Assembly (NCBI GenBank): GCA_027008965.1
Contig: JALVDN010000241.1
Coordinates: forward strand, 1 to 26,798
Direction: 5' to 3'
Length of the DNA stretch: 26,798 nucleotides
Source: Flavobacteriales bacterium
Lineage (GTDB): Bacteria > Bacteroidota > Bacteroidia > Flavobacteriales > Flavobacteriaceae
The translations under genes were made by a program, and so were the position numbers. Positions 16,428 to 26,322 of this stretch are shown piece by piece (position 1 is the first letter of the stretch; each line of letters opens with the position of its first letter). Below the pieces are notes generated by a model that saw nothing but the letters and a program-made list of their open reading frames with translations, did no database searches and was not told the DNA's origin.

Positions 16428-18074
16428 ATGAGGAAAAATGTTTTTATTGCTTTATCGGCTTCATTGGCCGCTTTGGTATTCTTGGGATCTTGTTCGTCCA
16501 AAAATGTATCTCGAGGCACGGGGATGCTCATTAATAATCCGAAGGGCGGATTTCAATATAATACAAAATTCGTGGATCAAGGTTTGGCTCCCGGTTTGGT
16601 TTTTATTGAAGGAGGAACCTTTACGATGGGTGATGTCTCGGAAGATGTTTTGCATGATTGGAACAGTTTGCCTCGTGAAATGCATGTAAGATCTTTCTAT
16701 ATGGATGAAACCGAGGTTACCAATTTAATGTATTTGGAATATTTGGATTGGTTAAAAAGAGTTTTTCCGCCTGATAATGAACAGTTTAGAAATATTTATG
16801 AAGGTGCGCTTCCCGATACGCTTGTGTGGAGAGAACCGCTAACTTATGCTGAAGATTTGGTAAGAAATTATTTGCGGCACCCTGCCTATGCGGAATATCC
16901 GGTTGTGGGTGTAAACTGGGTGCAAGCGGTTCAATATGCCAACTGGCGAACAGACCGTGTGAATGAAATGCGGTTGCAAAAGTTCGGTAAACTGAAAAGA
17001 GGTACGGAGCTAGAAGCCTCAGCCGAATCAAACTTCAGTACGGAGACATACTTGGCCGACCCTTCTTTGGCTTTTGGTGGCAATACGGAATATTATCCGG
17101 TTAAATCCAAAAAAGAAGGTACTTATAAAACTGTGAATGCATCTTCAGGAGTGATACTTCCCAAATACAGATTACCTTCTGAAGCCGAATGGGAATATGC
17201 GGCCAAAGCACCTATCGGTGAACGTGAATATAACCGCGTAGTAAACAGAAAAATTTATCCTTGGAGAGGAACCGCCGTTAGATATTTGGGAAAAGGTAGA
17301 AACAGAGGAAAAATGTTGGCCAATTTCAAACTCAATGACGGGGACTACAGCGGTTTGGCCGGATGGTCGGATGATGCGGCCGATATTACGGCGCCCGTTA
17401 AAACTTATCCTCCCAATGATTTCGGGTTATATGACATGGCGGGAAATGTCAACGAATGGGTTGCCGATGTATATAGACCCATTATTGATGATCAGGAATC
17501 GGATTTCAATTATTTCAGAGGAAATGTTTACACCAAAATGGCCTTTAATGAAGAAGGCAAACTGGTTATCGTAACCCCCGACAGTATTCCTTTTGATACA
17601 TTGGCCACAGGAAAATTGATCTATAAGGAACTTCCCGGTCAACCTGTAAAAAAATTAGTGGACGAAAAAGAATTATACTTGCGTCAGAATTTTGATAGAG
17701 CTGACAACCGTGATTATAACGATGGTGATTTACGTTCTTCCAGATATTATTATTTGACACCGGATGACTTGGAAGGTGATGATAATAAACGTATGTATAA
17801 CTCTCCAATTCATAAAATTTATTTGGACTCCATTGACGGTAAATATAAAATGGTGCGAGAATATGATAAGAGCAGTAAAAGAACCACTCTTATAGATAAT
17901 CAAGTACGTGTGTATAAAGGAGGTTCATGGAAAGACAGAGCTTATTGGTTGCAACCTTCCCGAAGAAGATACATGCCCCAATATCTTTCTACAAATGATA
18001 TTGGATTTAGATGTGCCATGTCAAGGTTTGGAAGAAAAACTATGAAAAAAGCCTATAGAAGACCCACTAATTAA
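16428..18074 (+). CDS. gldJ: Gliding motility lipoprotein GldJ (FGE-sulfatase fold)
   Basis: Lipoprotein signal MRKNVFIALSASLAALVFLGSC. Motifs PGLVFIEGGTFTMG, YLRHPAYAEYPVVGVNW, RLPSEAEWEYAA, RVYKGGSWKDRAYWL and IGFRCAMSR. Start set to ATG 16428. Confidence 0.92.
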   Translation: MRKNVFIALSASLAALVFLGSCSSKNVSRGTGMLINNPKGGFQYNTKFVDQGLAPGLVFIEGGTFTMGDVSEDVLHDWNSLPREMHVRSFYMDETEVTNLMYLEYLDWLKRVFPPDNEQFRNIYEGALPDTLVWREPLTYAEDLVRNYLRHPAYAEYPVVGVNWVQAVQYANWRTDRVNEMRLQKFGKLKRGTELEASAESNFSTETYLADPSLAFGGNTEYYPVKSKKEGTYKTVNASSGVILPKYRLPSEAEWEYAAKAPIGEREYNRVVNRKIYPWRGTAVRYLGKGRNRGKMLANFKLNDGDYSGLAGWSDDAADITAPVKTYPPNDFGLYDMAGNVNEWVADVYRPIIDDQESDFNYFRGNVYTKMAFNEEGKLVIVTPDSIPFDTLATGKLIYKELPGQPVKKLVDEKELYLRQNFDRADNRDYNDGDLRSSRYYYLTPDDLEGDDNKRMYNSPIHKIYLDSIDGKYKMVREYDKSSKRTTLIDNQVRVYKGGSWKDRAYWLQPSRRRYMPQYLSTNDIGFRCAMSRFGRKTMKKAYRRPTN

Positions 18075-18103
18075 TTCTGAAGTTAAAAATATTTTATTAC
18101 ATT

Positions 18104-18127
18104 AAACCGGGATTTTTCCCGGTTTTT
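18104..18127 (+). terminator. Hairpin after gldJ (terminator or attenuator)
   Basis: AAACCGGGA-TTTT-TCCCGGTTT is a 9-bp perfect stem with a T tail. Its A-rich 5' flank could make it bidirectional. Confidence 0.65.
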
Positions 18128-18148
18128 AAATATTAAAAAACATATTAA

Positions 18149-20587
18149 ATGGCCAAAAAATTACTTATTGTAGAATCACCTGCTAAAGCCAAAACCATAA
18201 AAAAATATTTAGGGAAAGATTATGAGGTCTCATCTTCATACGGACACATTGCCGATTTGCCTGAAGATAAAATGGGAATTGAAATCAAAGACGGTAAATT
18301 TATCCCTACCTACATTGTTCCCGATGATAAAAAGAAAATAGTAAAACAACTGTCCGACCTCACAAAAAAAGCCGAAACCGTTTATCTGGCAAGTGATGAA
18401 GACCGGGAAGGGGAGGCCATTGCGTGGCATTTGCAAAATATTCTTAAACTCAACGATAAATCAAAACGAATAGTTTTCCATGAAATAACCAAAAAAGCCG
18501 TTACGGAGGCCATTTCGCACCCACGGGATATAGATCAAAATCTGGTCAATGCACAGCAGGCACGGAGATTGTTAGACCGTTTGGTAGGTTATAAACTCTC
18601 TCCCGTGCTTTGGAAAAAAATAAAAAAAGGACTATCAGCAGGACGTGTTCAATCCGTGGCCACAAGATTAATTGTTGAACGCGAAAAAGAAATAAAATCA
18701 TTTGTTCCTGAAAGTAAGTTTAAGGTGGAGGGTGAATTCATTGCTCGGGAGGAAAATTTATTGCGAGCTAAATTACAAGAAGACTTTGAAGATGAAGCGC
18801 AAGTAAAAAATTTACTTGAATCATTTTCGGGAGCACAATTTTTTGTGGATAGAATAGAAAAAAAACCGGGAAAAAAAACACCTCCCACGCCCTTTACAAC
18901 ATCACTTCTACAACAGGAAGCCTCCAGGCTTTATGGTTTCCCGGTGAGTAAAACCATGCAAATAGCACAATATTTATACGAACACGGATATATCACATAC
19001 ATGCGTACTGACAGTTTGCATTTATCCGAAGAAGCCATTTCCGCCGCCGCAGATGTGATTAAAGAAAAATTCGGTAAAGAATACAGTCAACCCAAGCAAT
19101 ATAAAACCAAGAAAAAAGGCGCACAGGAAGCACACGAAGCTATTCGTCCTACACAATTGGATTTAGAAAAGCCTCCTGTTGACAGAGATGCATTGAAATT
19201 ATACCAACTGATTTGGAAACGAACACTGGCGTCGCAAATGAAACCCGCCGAAGTTGAACATACTCATATATATATTGGCAATAACCAAAATGACAAAGAT
19301 TTTGTAGCCAAAGGACAAGTGATTACTTTCCCCGGCTTTCTTAAAATTTATCAAACCGAAGATCAAGAAACCGAAAAAACCAAACAATTACCCAAACTCA
19401 CCGAAGGAGAACATTTGGATATAAGTAAAATAATAGCCAAACAAGTTTTCCAACGGCCACCGGCCAGATATACGGAAGCCACTCTTGTTAGGAAATTAGA
19501 AGAACTGGGTATTGGGAGGCCTTCTACATACGCACCTACCATTAATACTATTCAAAAACGCGGTTATGTGGAGAAAAAAACTCTGCCGGCAAAAACCCGG
19601 ACAATCAAACAATTTATACTGGAAAACAGTCAGATAAACGAGCAAAAAATCAAGGAAAAATACGGTGCTGAAAAGCGAAAACTTTTCCCGACGGATATAG
19701 GATTCATTGTAAATGATTTTTTGGTTCAGCGTTTCCCCGATATTGTTGATTATAAGTTTACGGCTCAAGTGGAAGAAAAATTTGATAAAATAGCGGCCGG
19801 AAATTATGATTGGCAAAAAATGTTGCAAGAATTTTATATTCATTTTGAACCTATGGTTGAATCGGTAGATAAAACTTCACCCAAGGAAAAGGGCGAAAGA
19901 CTATTGGGACAAGACCCCGAAACAGGTGAGAACATTTATGTGAAATACGGTCCGTATGGCCCTATGGTTCAAAAAGGAGATGCAAATAGTGATATCAAAC
20001 CCAAATATGCTTCGGTGCCACCCGGAATGAGTATTTTGGATGTCACATTGGAAGATGCTTTGGAACTATTCAAATTGCCTAAAAAATTAGGAGAATACCA
20101 AAACAAAGAAATGGTTGTTGGGATTGGAAAATATGGTCCATATGTGCGATGGAACAATAAATTTTATCCATTGCCCAAGCATCTTAATCCGATTCATATA
20201 ACACTGGATGATGCCATTAGGATTGTGGAAGAAAAAAATTTAGCTGACAAGCCCATTTTTGAATTGGATGGTGAGCCCGTTTTTCTATTGTCAGGAAAGT
20301 ACGGACCTTATCTGAAGGTTGGAGATTTAAATGTCAAAATTCCTCGGAAAATTTCCCCGAGACAAATTACCCCCGAGCAAGCCAAACAACTCATTTCCGA
20401 AAAAAAAGAAAAAGAAGCCGCTAACTTGGTTAAAGTTTGGAAAGAAGCATCTATTTCCATTAAAAAAGGCGGATGGGGAAGATTTTATGTTTATGGGCCG
20501 GGTAATAAACGTAAAATTTTACCCAAAGATATAGATGTGAATAAAATCTCTTTGGAAGAAGCCAAAAAAATTCTGCAGATCAAATGA
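18149..20587 (+). CDS. topA: DNA topoisomerase I with C-terminal GxYGPY-type repeats (no Zn ribbons)
   Basis: LLIVESPAKAKTI, ASDEDREGEAIAWH, LSAGRVQSVA, catalytic GYITYMRTDS, LGIGRPSTYA, and C-terminal YGPY repeats. Confidence 0.97.
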   Translation: MAKKLLIVESPAKAKTIKKYLGKDYEVSSSYGHIADLPEDKMGIEIKDGKFIPTYIVPDDKKKIVKQLSDLTKKAETVYLASDEDREGEAIAWHLQNILKLNDKSKRIVFHEITKKAVTEAISHPRDIDQNLVNAQQARRLLDRLVGYKLSPVLWKKIKKGLSAGRVQSVATRLIVEREKEIKSFVPESKFKVEGEFIAREENLLRAKLQEDFEDEAQVKNLLESFSGAQFFVDRIEKKPGKKTPPTPFTTSLLQQEASRLYGFPVSKTMQIAQYLYEHGYITYMRTDSLHLSEEAISAAADVIKEKFGKEYSQPKQYKTKKKGAQEAHEAIRPTQLDLEKPPVDRDALKLYQLIWKRTLASQMKPAEVEHTHIYIGNNQNDKDFVAKGQVITFPGFLKIYQTEDQETEKTKQLPKLTEGEHLDISKIIAKQVFQRPPARYTEATLVRKLEELGIGRPSTYAPTINTIQKRGYVEKKTLPAKTRTIKQFILENSQINEQKIKEKYGAEKRKLFPTDIGFIVNDFLVQRFPDIVDYKFTAQVEEKFDKIAAGNYDWQKMLQEFYIHFEPMVESVDKTSPKEKGERLLGQDPETGENIYVKYGPYGPMVQKGDANSDIKPKYASVPPGMSILDVTLEDALELFKLPKKLGEYQNKEMVVGIGKYGPYVRWNNKFYPLPKHLNPIHITLDDAIRIVEEKNLADKPIFELDGEPVFLLSGKYGPYLKVGDLNVKIPRKISPRQITPEQAKQLISEKKEKEAANLVKVWKEASISIKKGGWGRFYVYGPGNKRKILPKDIDVNKISLEEAKKILQIK

Positions 20588-21597
20588 TTTTTGATTGGCT
20601 CATACCACCCGATTATGATGATAATGCAGAGTTTTTACAATGCATTGATTATTTTTCGGGAGATGCTTCGGAACTAGAACCCGGTATTTATGATGCATAC
20701 ATGCTGGGAATTACTACACAAAATAACACACTGTCGATAAACAATATCCGGAAAAGACTTCAAGAAAAAGGCAGTGCCTACTTTAAAAATTTCAAAGTTT
20801 TTGATTTTGGTAATCTGATTATATTGAATAAAAAGGACATCCCTGGGTTCATTAATTATTTTTTAAAAGAACTCAAAGCCTATCATGAAGCTAAACCATT
20901 AATTTTATTAACAGATTATCAAAATTGGTCTCTCTATCACCATTTGACCCCATCCGGTAAATATAAGAAAAACATAAGCATTATTTCCTCATTTATTCCT
21001 GATGAAATTTCAAGTTCAATAGAACACTTTAAAATACATATATATATATTAGGTATACAAAATTATTTAATCAAAAAAGAACAATACGAAAAATTACAGG
21101 CTTATCAAAATAAAATCAAACTTGTTAGGTTGTCGGAGTTGAATGAGATAATAGAATCCGAACCGTTTCTTAGAAATAGCGTAACAACACATTTTCAATA
21201 TGAATCATTGGCTTTTTCTGAAATCGGTGTTTCTTCTCAAGCAAATACCATAGGATTCAATGCGGCACAATGGGCTGCCTTGGCATACTATTCTGGAATT
21301 TCACCAATAAATAAATCCATTGTTTTTGATATACCTTCAATAGATAAAGACAGGTATGGAAATGTTTCAGAAATAATTAGTATTTCTATTTGGCATTATT
21401 TGTGGGGGCTATATAATAAACTCCCCGATTATCCGTTTTTAGCTAAAGATAATCTTCAAAAAATTATTTTGAATAAAAACGGAGAAAAATTTGTTTTTTA
21501 CACTAATCCGGTAACCGGAAGATGGTGGAAATATAAAAATGAAGTGTTGGAACCTTGTAGCCGTAACCTGTTGGTGCGCATGAGAGACGAAATATGA
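20584..21597 (+). CDS. Arginase/formimidoylglutamase-fold protein, degenerate
   Basis: Occupies the topA-gldK slot typical of Flavobacteriia. DFGNL, GIQNY, ALAYYSGIS, IWHYLWG and FYTNPVTGRWW resemble that family. ATGA overlap with the topA stop. Confidence 0.7.
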   Translation: MIFDWLIPPDYDDNAEFLQCIDYFSGDASELEPGIYDAYMLGITTQNNTLSINNIRKRLQEKGSAYFKNFKVFDFGNLIILNKKDIPGFINYFLKELKAYHEAKPLILLTDYQNWSLYHHLTPSGKYKKNISIISSFIPDEISSSIEHFKIHIYILGIQNYLIKKEQYEKLQAYQNKIKLVRLSELNEIIESEPFLRNSVTTHFQYESLAFSEIGVSSQANTIGFNAAQWAALAYYSGISPINKSIVFDIPSIDKDRYGNVSEIISISIWHYLWGLYNKLPDYPFLAKDNLQKIILNKNGEKFVFYTNPVTGRWWKYKNEVLEPCSRNLLVRMRDEI

Positions 21598-21646
21598 CAG
21601 CTTTTAATTTCTTATGGAATCTTTATAAATAATGAAAAAAAATTTA

Positions 21647-21654
21647 TATATTGC
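21647..21654 (+). promoter_or_regulatory. Variant -7 element for gldKLMN
   Basis: TATATTGC is one T short of TAnnTTTG and lies about 42 nt before ATG 21697. Confidence 0.4.
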
Positions 21655-21696
21655 ACCCCTGAAGAAGTGAACAGAAATCAGAAAAAATTATTTCAC

Positions 21697-23088
21697 ATGA
21701 AGAGATTACTGCTAGTAGCATTTATTGTAGTGTTAATATGGTCTTGTGGAAGTCCGGCCAACCGTGGAGAAATCGTAGGAGTAAAAGGGAAAAAATGGAT
21801 TCCCTACAGGCCTTATGGGATGGTTTTGGTTCCGGGAGGTACATTTGTGATGGGGAAACAAAATGAAGACAATGCTCATTCCATTGATGCACCGGCCAGA
21901 AATGTTTCCGTGAGTTCTTTTTATATGGATGAAACGGAAATTACCAACTCCGAATACAGGGAATTTGTACAATATGTCCGTGATTCCGTGATCAGGACCC
22001 GTTTAGCTAAAATGGTTGAAGAAGAGGGAATAGAAGACAGGAAAAAAGGAATTGGGAAATACGCATTTTTGGAATTGGATACTGCAAAAAATGCCTATAA
22101 CAGATATATGATAGATACCTATGGAGGTGTGACTTTTGAAGATGATGAAACGGCAGGAAAAAGATTAAATTGGAAAGTGCCACTGATTTTTAATAGAAAT
22201 AAATTTCCGGATGAATTATATGCTGAAGTGTTTGATAGTATGTATTTGCCATTAAAAGAAACACCCGACGGAGAACGCTTGTTTGATGTGAAGCAATTTA
22301 AATACCGTTTTTCATGGACGGATGTAAGTGCCGCCGCCAGGTCCGGAAAAAACAGATCTGAATTCAGGCATGATACGGTTATTGAAGTTTATCCCGATAC
22401 CACTGTTTGGGTGAAAGATTTCATGTATGCTTATAATGAACCGCTTTTGACCGAATATTTCTGGCATGAAGCCTATAATGAATATCCTGTAGTGGGAGTT
22501 AATTGGTATCAAGCAACAGCTTTTGCCGATTACAGAACCAAAAAATTAAATTGGTATTTGAAAAGCCATAAAAAATCAACCGTACATCATTTCAGACTTC
22601 CTACTGAAGCCGAATGGGAATATGCGGCAAGAGGAGGCCTTTCAGGAACAGATTATCCTTGGGGTACACCCTATACAATGAATGAAAAGGCATGCTTTTT
22701 AGCCAATTTCAAACCCCTAAGAGGAGATTATGGTGCTGATCAATCCGTTTTCACGGCTCGCGCCAAATCCTATAATCCCAACGGTTACGGTTTATACAAC
22801 ATGTCAGGTAATGTTGCGGAATGGACCCAATCATCTTACAATCCTGACGCCTATTTATATCTTTCTACATTCAATCCCATAACACATGACTCTTTCAACA
22901 AAAGAAAAGTGGTGCGAGGTGGCTCATGGAAGGATGTGAAATATTATATTCAAGTAAGCACTCGTACTTATGAATATGCCGATTCGGCAAGAAGTTATAT
23001 AGGATTCAGATGTGTACAAGATTTTATGGGAAATAATGCCCGTAAATACGCTAAAAAAATGAGATCAAACAGAACATCATATTATTAA
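21697..23088 (+). CDS. gldK: T9SS/gliding ring lipoprotein GldK (PorK)
   Basis: Lipoprotein signal MKRLLLVAFIVVLIWSC. Motifs PYGMVLVPGGTFVMG, YPDTTVW, EYFWHEAYNEYPVVGV, FRLPTEAEWEYAARGG and VVRGGSWKD. Start set to ATG 21697 rather than GTG 21667. Confidence 0.94.
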   Translation: MKRLLLVAFIVVLIWSCGSPANRGEIVGVKGKKWIPYRPYGMVLVPGGTFVMGKQNEDNAHSIDAPARNVSVSSFYMDETEITNSEYREFVQYVRDSVIRTRLAKMVEEEGIEDRKKGIGKYAFLELDTAKNAYNRYMIDTYGGVTFEDDETAGKRLNWKVPLIFNRNKFPDELYAEVFDSMYLPLKETPDGERLFDVKQFKYRFSWTDVSAAARSGKNRSEFRHDTVIEVYPDTTVWVKDFMYAYNEPLLTEYFWHEAYNEYPVVGVNWYQATAFADYRTKKLNWYLKSHKKSTVHHFRLPTEAEWEYAARGGLSGTDYPWGTPYTMNEKACFLANFKPLRGDYGADQSVFTARAKSYNPNGYGLYNMSGNVAEWTQSSYNPDAYLYLSTFNPITHDSFNKRKVVRGGSWKDVKYYIQVSTRTYEYADSARSYIGFRCVQDFMGNNARKYAKKMRSNRTSYY

Positions 23089-23125
23089 TAACCCCCTGAA
23101 ACAAACAATAAAAAAACCAAAAACT

Positions 23126-23737
23126 ATGACAACAAAATCAAGAAAGAAATTTTTTCAAATGGTCTATGGAATTGGAGCTTCCATAGTGATTATAGGAGCG
23201 CTTTTTAAAATTGCTCACTGGCCTTATGGTACAATGATTTTAGCTATCGGTATGATAGTTGAAGCCATAGTATTCTTCATCTCTGCCTTTGAACCTATTG
23301 AAGATGATTTTGACTGGTCACTTTTATACAATGAGATCAAAAAGAGCAGTTTATCCGGGAATCAAATTGAAACCAAATTGTCTCAAAAGTTGGATGAGAT
23401 GTTGCGTCAAGCCAATATTGATGCTAAACTCATGGAAAATTTGGGACAAAGTATCAATAAATTTGCTGAAGCAGCCAAAGGTTTGGATGTTGTGGTAGAT
23501 GCGGCGGGTTCCACAGTTAAATTTAATGAAGAATTGTTGGAAGCATCGGCGCATTTGGAAGGATTGAACCAAGTATTGAAAAATCAAGTGGAATCTGTTG
23601 AGAAAAATGCCCATGCCAATGCATCGGTTGCTGAAAATGCCGAAGAAATGAACGCCAAAATGCGTGAATTAAACGAGAGCATCGCACAATTGAACAAGAT
23701 CTATCAAGGAATGTTGTCTGCAATGAGTGCTAAGTAA
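23126..23737 (+). CDS. gldL: T9SS/gliding motor subunit GldL (PorL)
   Basis: YGIGASIVIIGALFKIAHW, VEAIVFFISAFEP and DWSLLY motifs, followed by a helical cytoplasmic tail. The transmembrane Glu residues are retained. Confidence 0.94.
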   Translation: MTTKSRKKFFQMVYGIGASIVIIGALFKIAHWPYGTMILAIGMIVEAIVFFISAFEPIEDDFDWSLLYNEIKKSSLSGNQIETKLSQKLDEMLRQANIDAKLMENLGQSINKFAEAAKGLDVVVDAAGSTVKFNEELLEASAHLEGLNQVLKNQVESVEKNAHANASVAENAEEMNAKMRELNESIAQLNKIYQGMLSAMSAK

Positions 23738-23772
23738 TTGGCTCTCTTCTATTAATCTAAAACCAAAAAGAT

Positions 23773-25329
23773 ATGGCATCAGGTAAACTTTCACCCCGGC
23801 AAAAGATGATTAACCTTATGTACTTGGTCTTTATAGCCATGTTGGCATTGACCATGTCTAAGAAGGTATTAACATCTTTTGGAAGGGTTTATGAAGATTT
23901 GAAAACAAGTGTTGAGCTTACCAAGCAAAAAAACGCTCAACAATTAAATATGCTTCAGCAAAAAGCAAGTGAACAACCGCAAAAATATGCTCAAAAATAT
24001 AAGGATGCGGAAGATTTAAACAAAGCCGTTTTGGAATATCACCAATATTTGGATCAATTTGAAAAGGAATTATTGAAAAAATCCAAACAAGATCCTGCCA
24101 AACCGGATTATGAATCATTGGATAAAGGACATGTTTTGGATGAAATATTTTTTGTTGGTGATAAATACACCAAAAAAGGAGAAGAATTTGTTAACAAAAC
24201 TAATCAAATTAGGGAAAAACTACTCAGTGTTGCTAAAAAATACGGGGACAAAGCCCTCATTGATAGAATAAAAAACAGATTTAATACTGATCCTATCAAA
24301 GAAGGTGCAAGTAAAATTTCATGGTTACATTATTACTATGAAGATTTCCCCTTGATAGCATCTTTAACCAATATGGCACGTTTGGAAAACAATGCCTTGA
24401 ATTCTGAAAATGAAATTCTTTCTACTATATTCCAGGGACAATTGATTTCCGATGTGTCCATGACCAACTACCAACCTATTGTTGTTTTGGATAAAAGTGC
24501 TTTCTTCCCCACGGAAAAAGTTACGGGAAAAATAGTTTTAGGTCGTTTTGATCCTAATTTGTCTTTTGAAAAAGTAATTATCAATGGCCAAGAAGTTTCC
24601 AAAGACATGCTTGCCGGAGGACAAGTGAAGTTGGAAATGCCTGCAGGAAATCCCGGAGATAAAACCTTGAAAGGAGAAATTGAATTCAAAGAAGGAGATT
24701 CCATTGTCAAATTACCTTTTGAATATTCTTATTCTGTTATTCCTATGCCTAATTCAGCGGTTATATCTGCTGATAAAATGAATGTGGTTTACAAAGGCGT
24801 TCAAAATCCGCTGTCTATTTCCGTACCCGGAATTCCGGACACCAAAATTCATGTTTCCGCTCCGGGCATAAGAAAAGTGAAAGCAGGCAAGTATGTAATG
24901 GATGTAACAAGCTATAAAGGTAGAACTGTTGACATTGTAGTATCTTGGACTTTGCCAAATGGACAAAAGAAATCCGATAGAAAAACCTTTAGGGTGAAGA
25001 ATATTCCAAGACCTGTAGGTACGATAAGCGGACAGGATGGTTTTGTTAAACTACCCAAACGAAATATAGAAATAGGTACGGTTGGAGCATCTTTGCCCGA
25101 TTTTGACTTTGATGTCAAATTGGTGGTAACGGGATTTGATTTTAAAGCTCCTGGACAACCGACAATCCGGGTCGCCGGAACCAAATTGAACCAACGTGCT
25201 AAAAGTGCTTTGAGAAGAGTCAAAAAAGGACAAACCGTACAAATATTTAATATTAAAGCCCGTTTGGCAAACAACAAAACTTATCAGCTCAAAAAAGTAT
25301 CGCCTGTAATTATTGAAGTTACGAATTAA
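23773..25329 (+). CDS. gldM: T9SS/gliding motor subunit GldM (PorM)
   Basis: MASGKLSPRQKMINLMYLVFIAMLAL N-terminus; ISADKMNVVYKGVQNPLSISVPG. Confidence 0.95.
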   Translation: MASGKLSPRQKMINLMYLVFIAMLALTMSKKVLTSFGRVYEDLKTSVELTKQKNAQQLNMLQQKASEQPQKYAQKYKDAEDLNKAVLEYHQYLDQFEKELLKKSKQDPAKPDYESLDKGHVLDEIFFVGDKYTKKGEEFVNKTNQIREKLLSVAKKYGDKALIDRIKNRFNTDPIKEGASKISWLHYYYEDFPLIASLTNMARLENNALNSENEILSTIFQGQLISDVSMTNYQPIVVLDKSAFFPTEKVTGKIVLGRFDPNLSFEKVIINGQEVSKDMLAGGQVKLEMPAGNPGDKTLKGEIEFKEGDSIVKLPFEYSYSVIPMPNSAVISADKMNVVYKGVQNPLSISVPGIPDTKIHVSAPGIRKVKAGKYVMDVTSYKGRTVDIVVSWTLPNGQKKSDRKTFRVKNIPRPVGTISGQDGFVKLPKRNIEIGTVGASLPDFDFDVKLVVTGFDFKAPGQPTIRVAGTKLNQRAKSALRRVKKGQTVQIFNIKARLANNKTYQLKKVSPVIIEVTN

Positions 25330-25342
25330 AATTTTTTAAACG

Positions 25343-26233
25343 ATGAAAAGGATAGTATTAGTAATTCCATTGTTTTTGATTGCCATATCTACACTATGGG
25401 GACAAGCCAACATACTTAATGCCAAAGTCCCGCAGGAAATAGGCAGAAAAACACCTCAACAAATTGCGTCAGATAATTCCAAACCTTTGCCCTATCCATA
25501 CGTTGATGATAAGGATATTTTGTGGAGCATTGAAGTTTGGGAAAGGATAGATTTGGATGAACGATTCAATTTGCCATTATATTATCCCGTAGATTCGGTA
25601 TCCACTACAGCCGATAGAAGAGCATTGTTTGATGTGCTTTTATCCGGAATCAAATCCGGACAAATAAAGGAAGTTTATGCTGATTCTTATTTTACCGAAA
25701 AATTATCACCTGAAGATTTAAATGAAGTTTTGTATTATGTTGATACAACGGATGTGGGTAAAGAACAATTTAATTATGAAGGAAAGGTGGATGAAGAATA
25801 TATCCGTAAACTTAGCATAACTCCTGCTGAGATTGAAGCATATCATATACGTGGTGTTTGGTATTTTGACTCCAAATACGGAGAATTGAGATACAGAATT
25901 ATTGGTATTGCACCTGTGGCCTATGATTTGGCAGCTCAGGCTAATGATTTGGATGCGGAATTGGTTGAACTGTTTTGGGTGTTTTTTCCTGATGCCCGAG
26001 ATGTTTTACATAAATATAATGCTTACAATCCTAGAAATGCAGCCCGTCCATTTAACTTTGATCATTTGCTAAACGGACGATTTTTTAGTGCTGTGATTTA
26101 TAAGACCAGCAATGTGTATGGAGACCGTGCAATCAAAGAATATATTCAGGAGGACGCTTTAAGACAATTACTTGAATCCAATAAGATCAAACAATTAATC
26201 CTTGAAATGGAAGAAGATCAATGGAATTACTAA
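25343..26233 (+). CDS. gldN: T9SS/gliding ring protein GldN (PorN)
   Basis: PLPYPYVDDKDILWS, IDLDERFNLPLYYP, WYFDSKYGELRYRIIGIAP and LFWVFFPDAR motifs. Confidence 0.94.
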   Translation: MKRIVLVIPLFLIAISTLWGQANILNAKVPQEIGRKTPQQIASDNSKPLPYPYVDDKDILWSIEVWERIDLDERFNLPLYYPVDSVSTTADRRALFDVLLSGIKSGQIKEVYADSYFTEKLSPEDLNEVLYYVDTTDVGKEQFNYEGKVDEEYIRKLSITPAEIEAYHIRGVWYFDSKYGELRYRIIGIAPVAYDLAAQANDLDAELVELFWVFFPDARDVLHKYNAYNPRNAARPFNFDHLLNGRFFSAVIYKTSNVYGDRAIKEYIQEDALRQLLESNKIKQLILEMEEDQWNY

Positions 26234-26253
26234 TATAGAGAAACTATTCAATT

Positions 26254-26288
26254 AAGGCCCGTAGTTAATTTGCTACGGGCTTTTTTTA
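26254..26288 (+). terminator. Intrinsic terminator of gldKLMN
   Basis: GCCCGTAG (26257-26264) pairs with CTACGGGC (26273-26280), followed by 7 T. Confidence 0.85.
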
Positions 26289-26289
26289 T

Positions 26290-26297
26290 TACTTTTG
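26290..26297 (+). promoter_or_regulatory. -7 element for prfA
   Basis: TACTTTTG matches TAnnTTTG, 25 nt before ATG 26323. Confidence 0.55.
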
Positions 26298-26322
26298 TTC
26301 ATAACATAATTTTTAAAGTAAC

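Noticed and set aside
18858-18878. Twin A8 runs in topA and similar homopolymers elsewhere
   Set aside because: They encode Lys-rich stretches in an AT-rich genome. Frames are intact, with no sign of phase variation or programmed frameshifting.
1017-21696. Extended ORF-track starts at 1017 (actA), 2003 (actB), 6411 (actD), 16242 (gldJ) and 21667 (gldK)
   Set aside because: They overlap promoters or upstream genes. The downstream ATGs give proper signal peptides or family N-termini.
25343-26233. GldN has no cysteine (GIAPV where some homologues have GICPV)
   Set aside because: I recall both variants in Flavobacteriia and cannot establish that this affects ring disulfides, so it is not reported as unusual.
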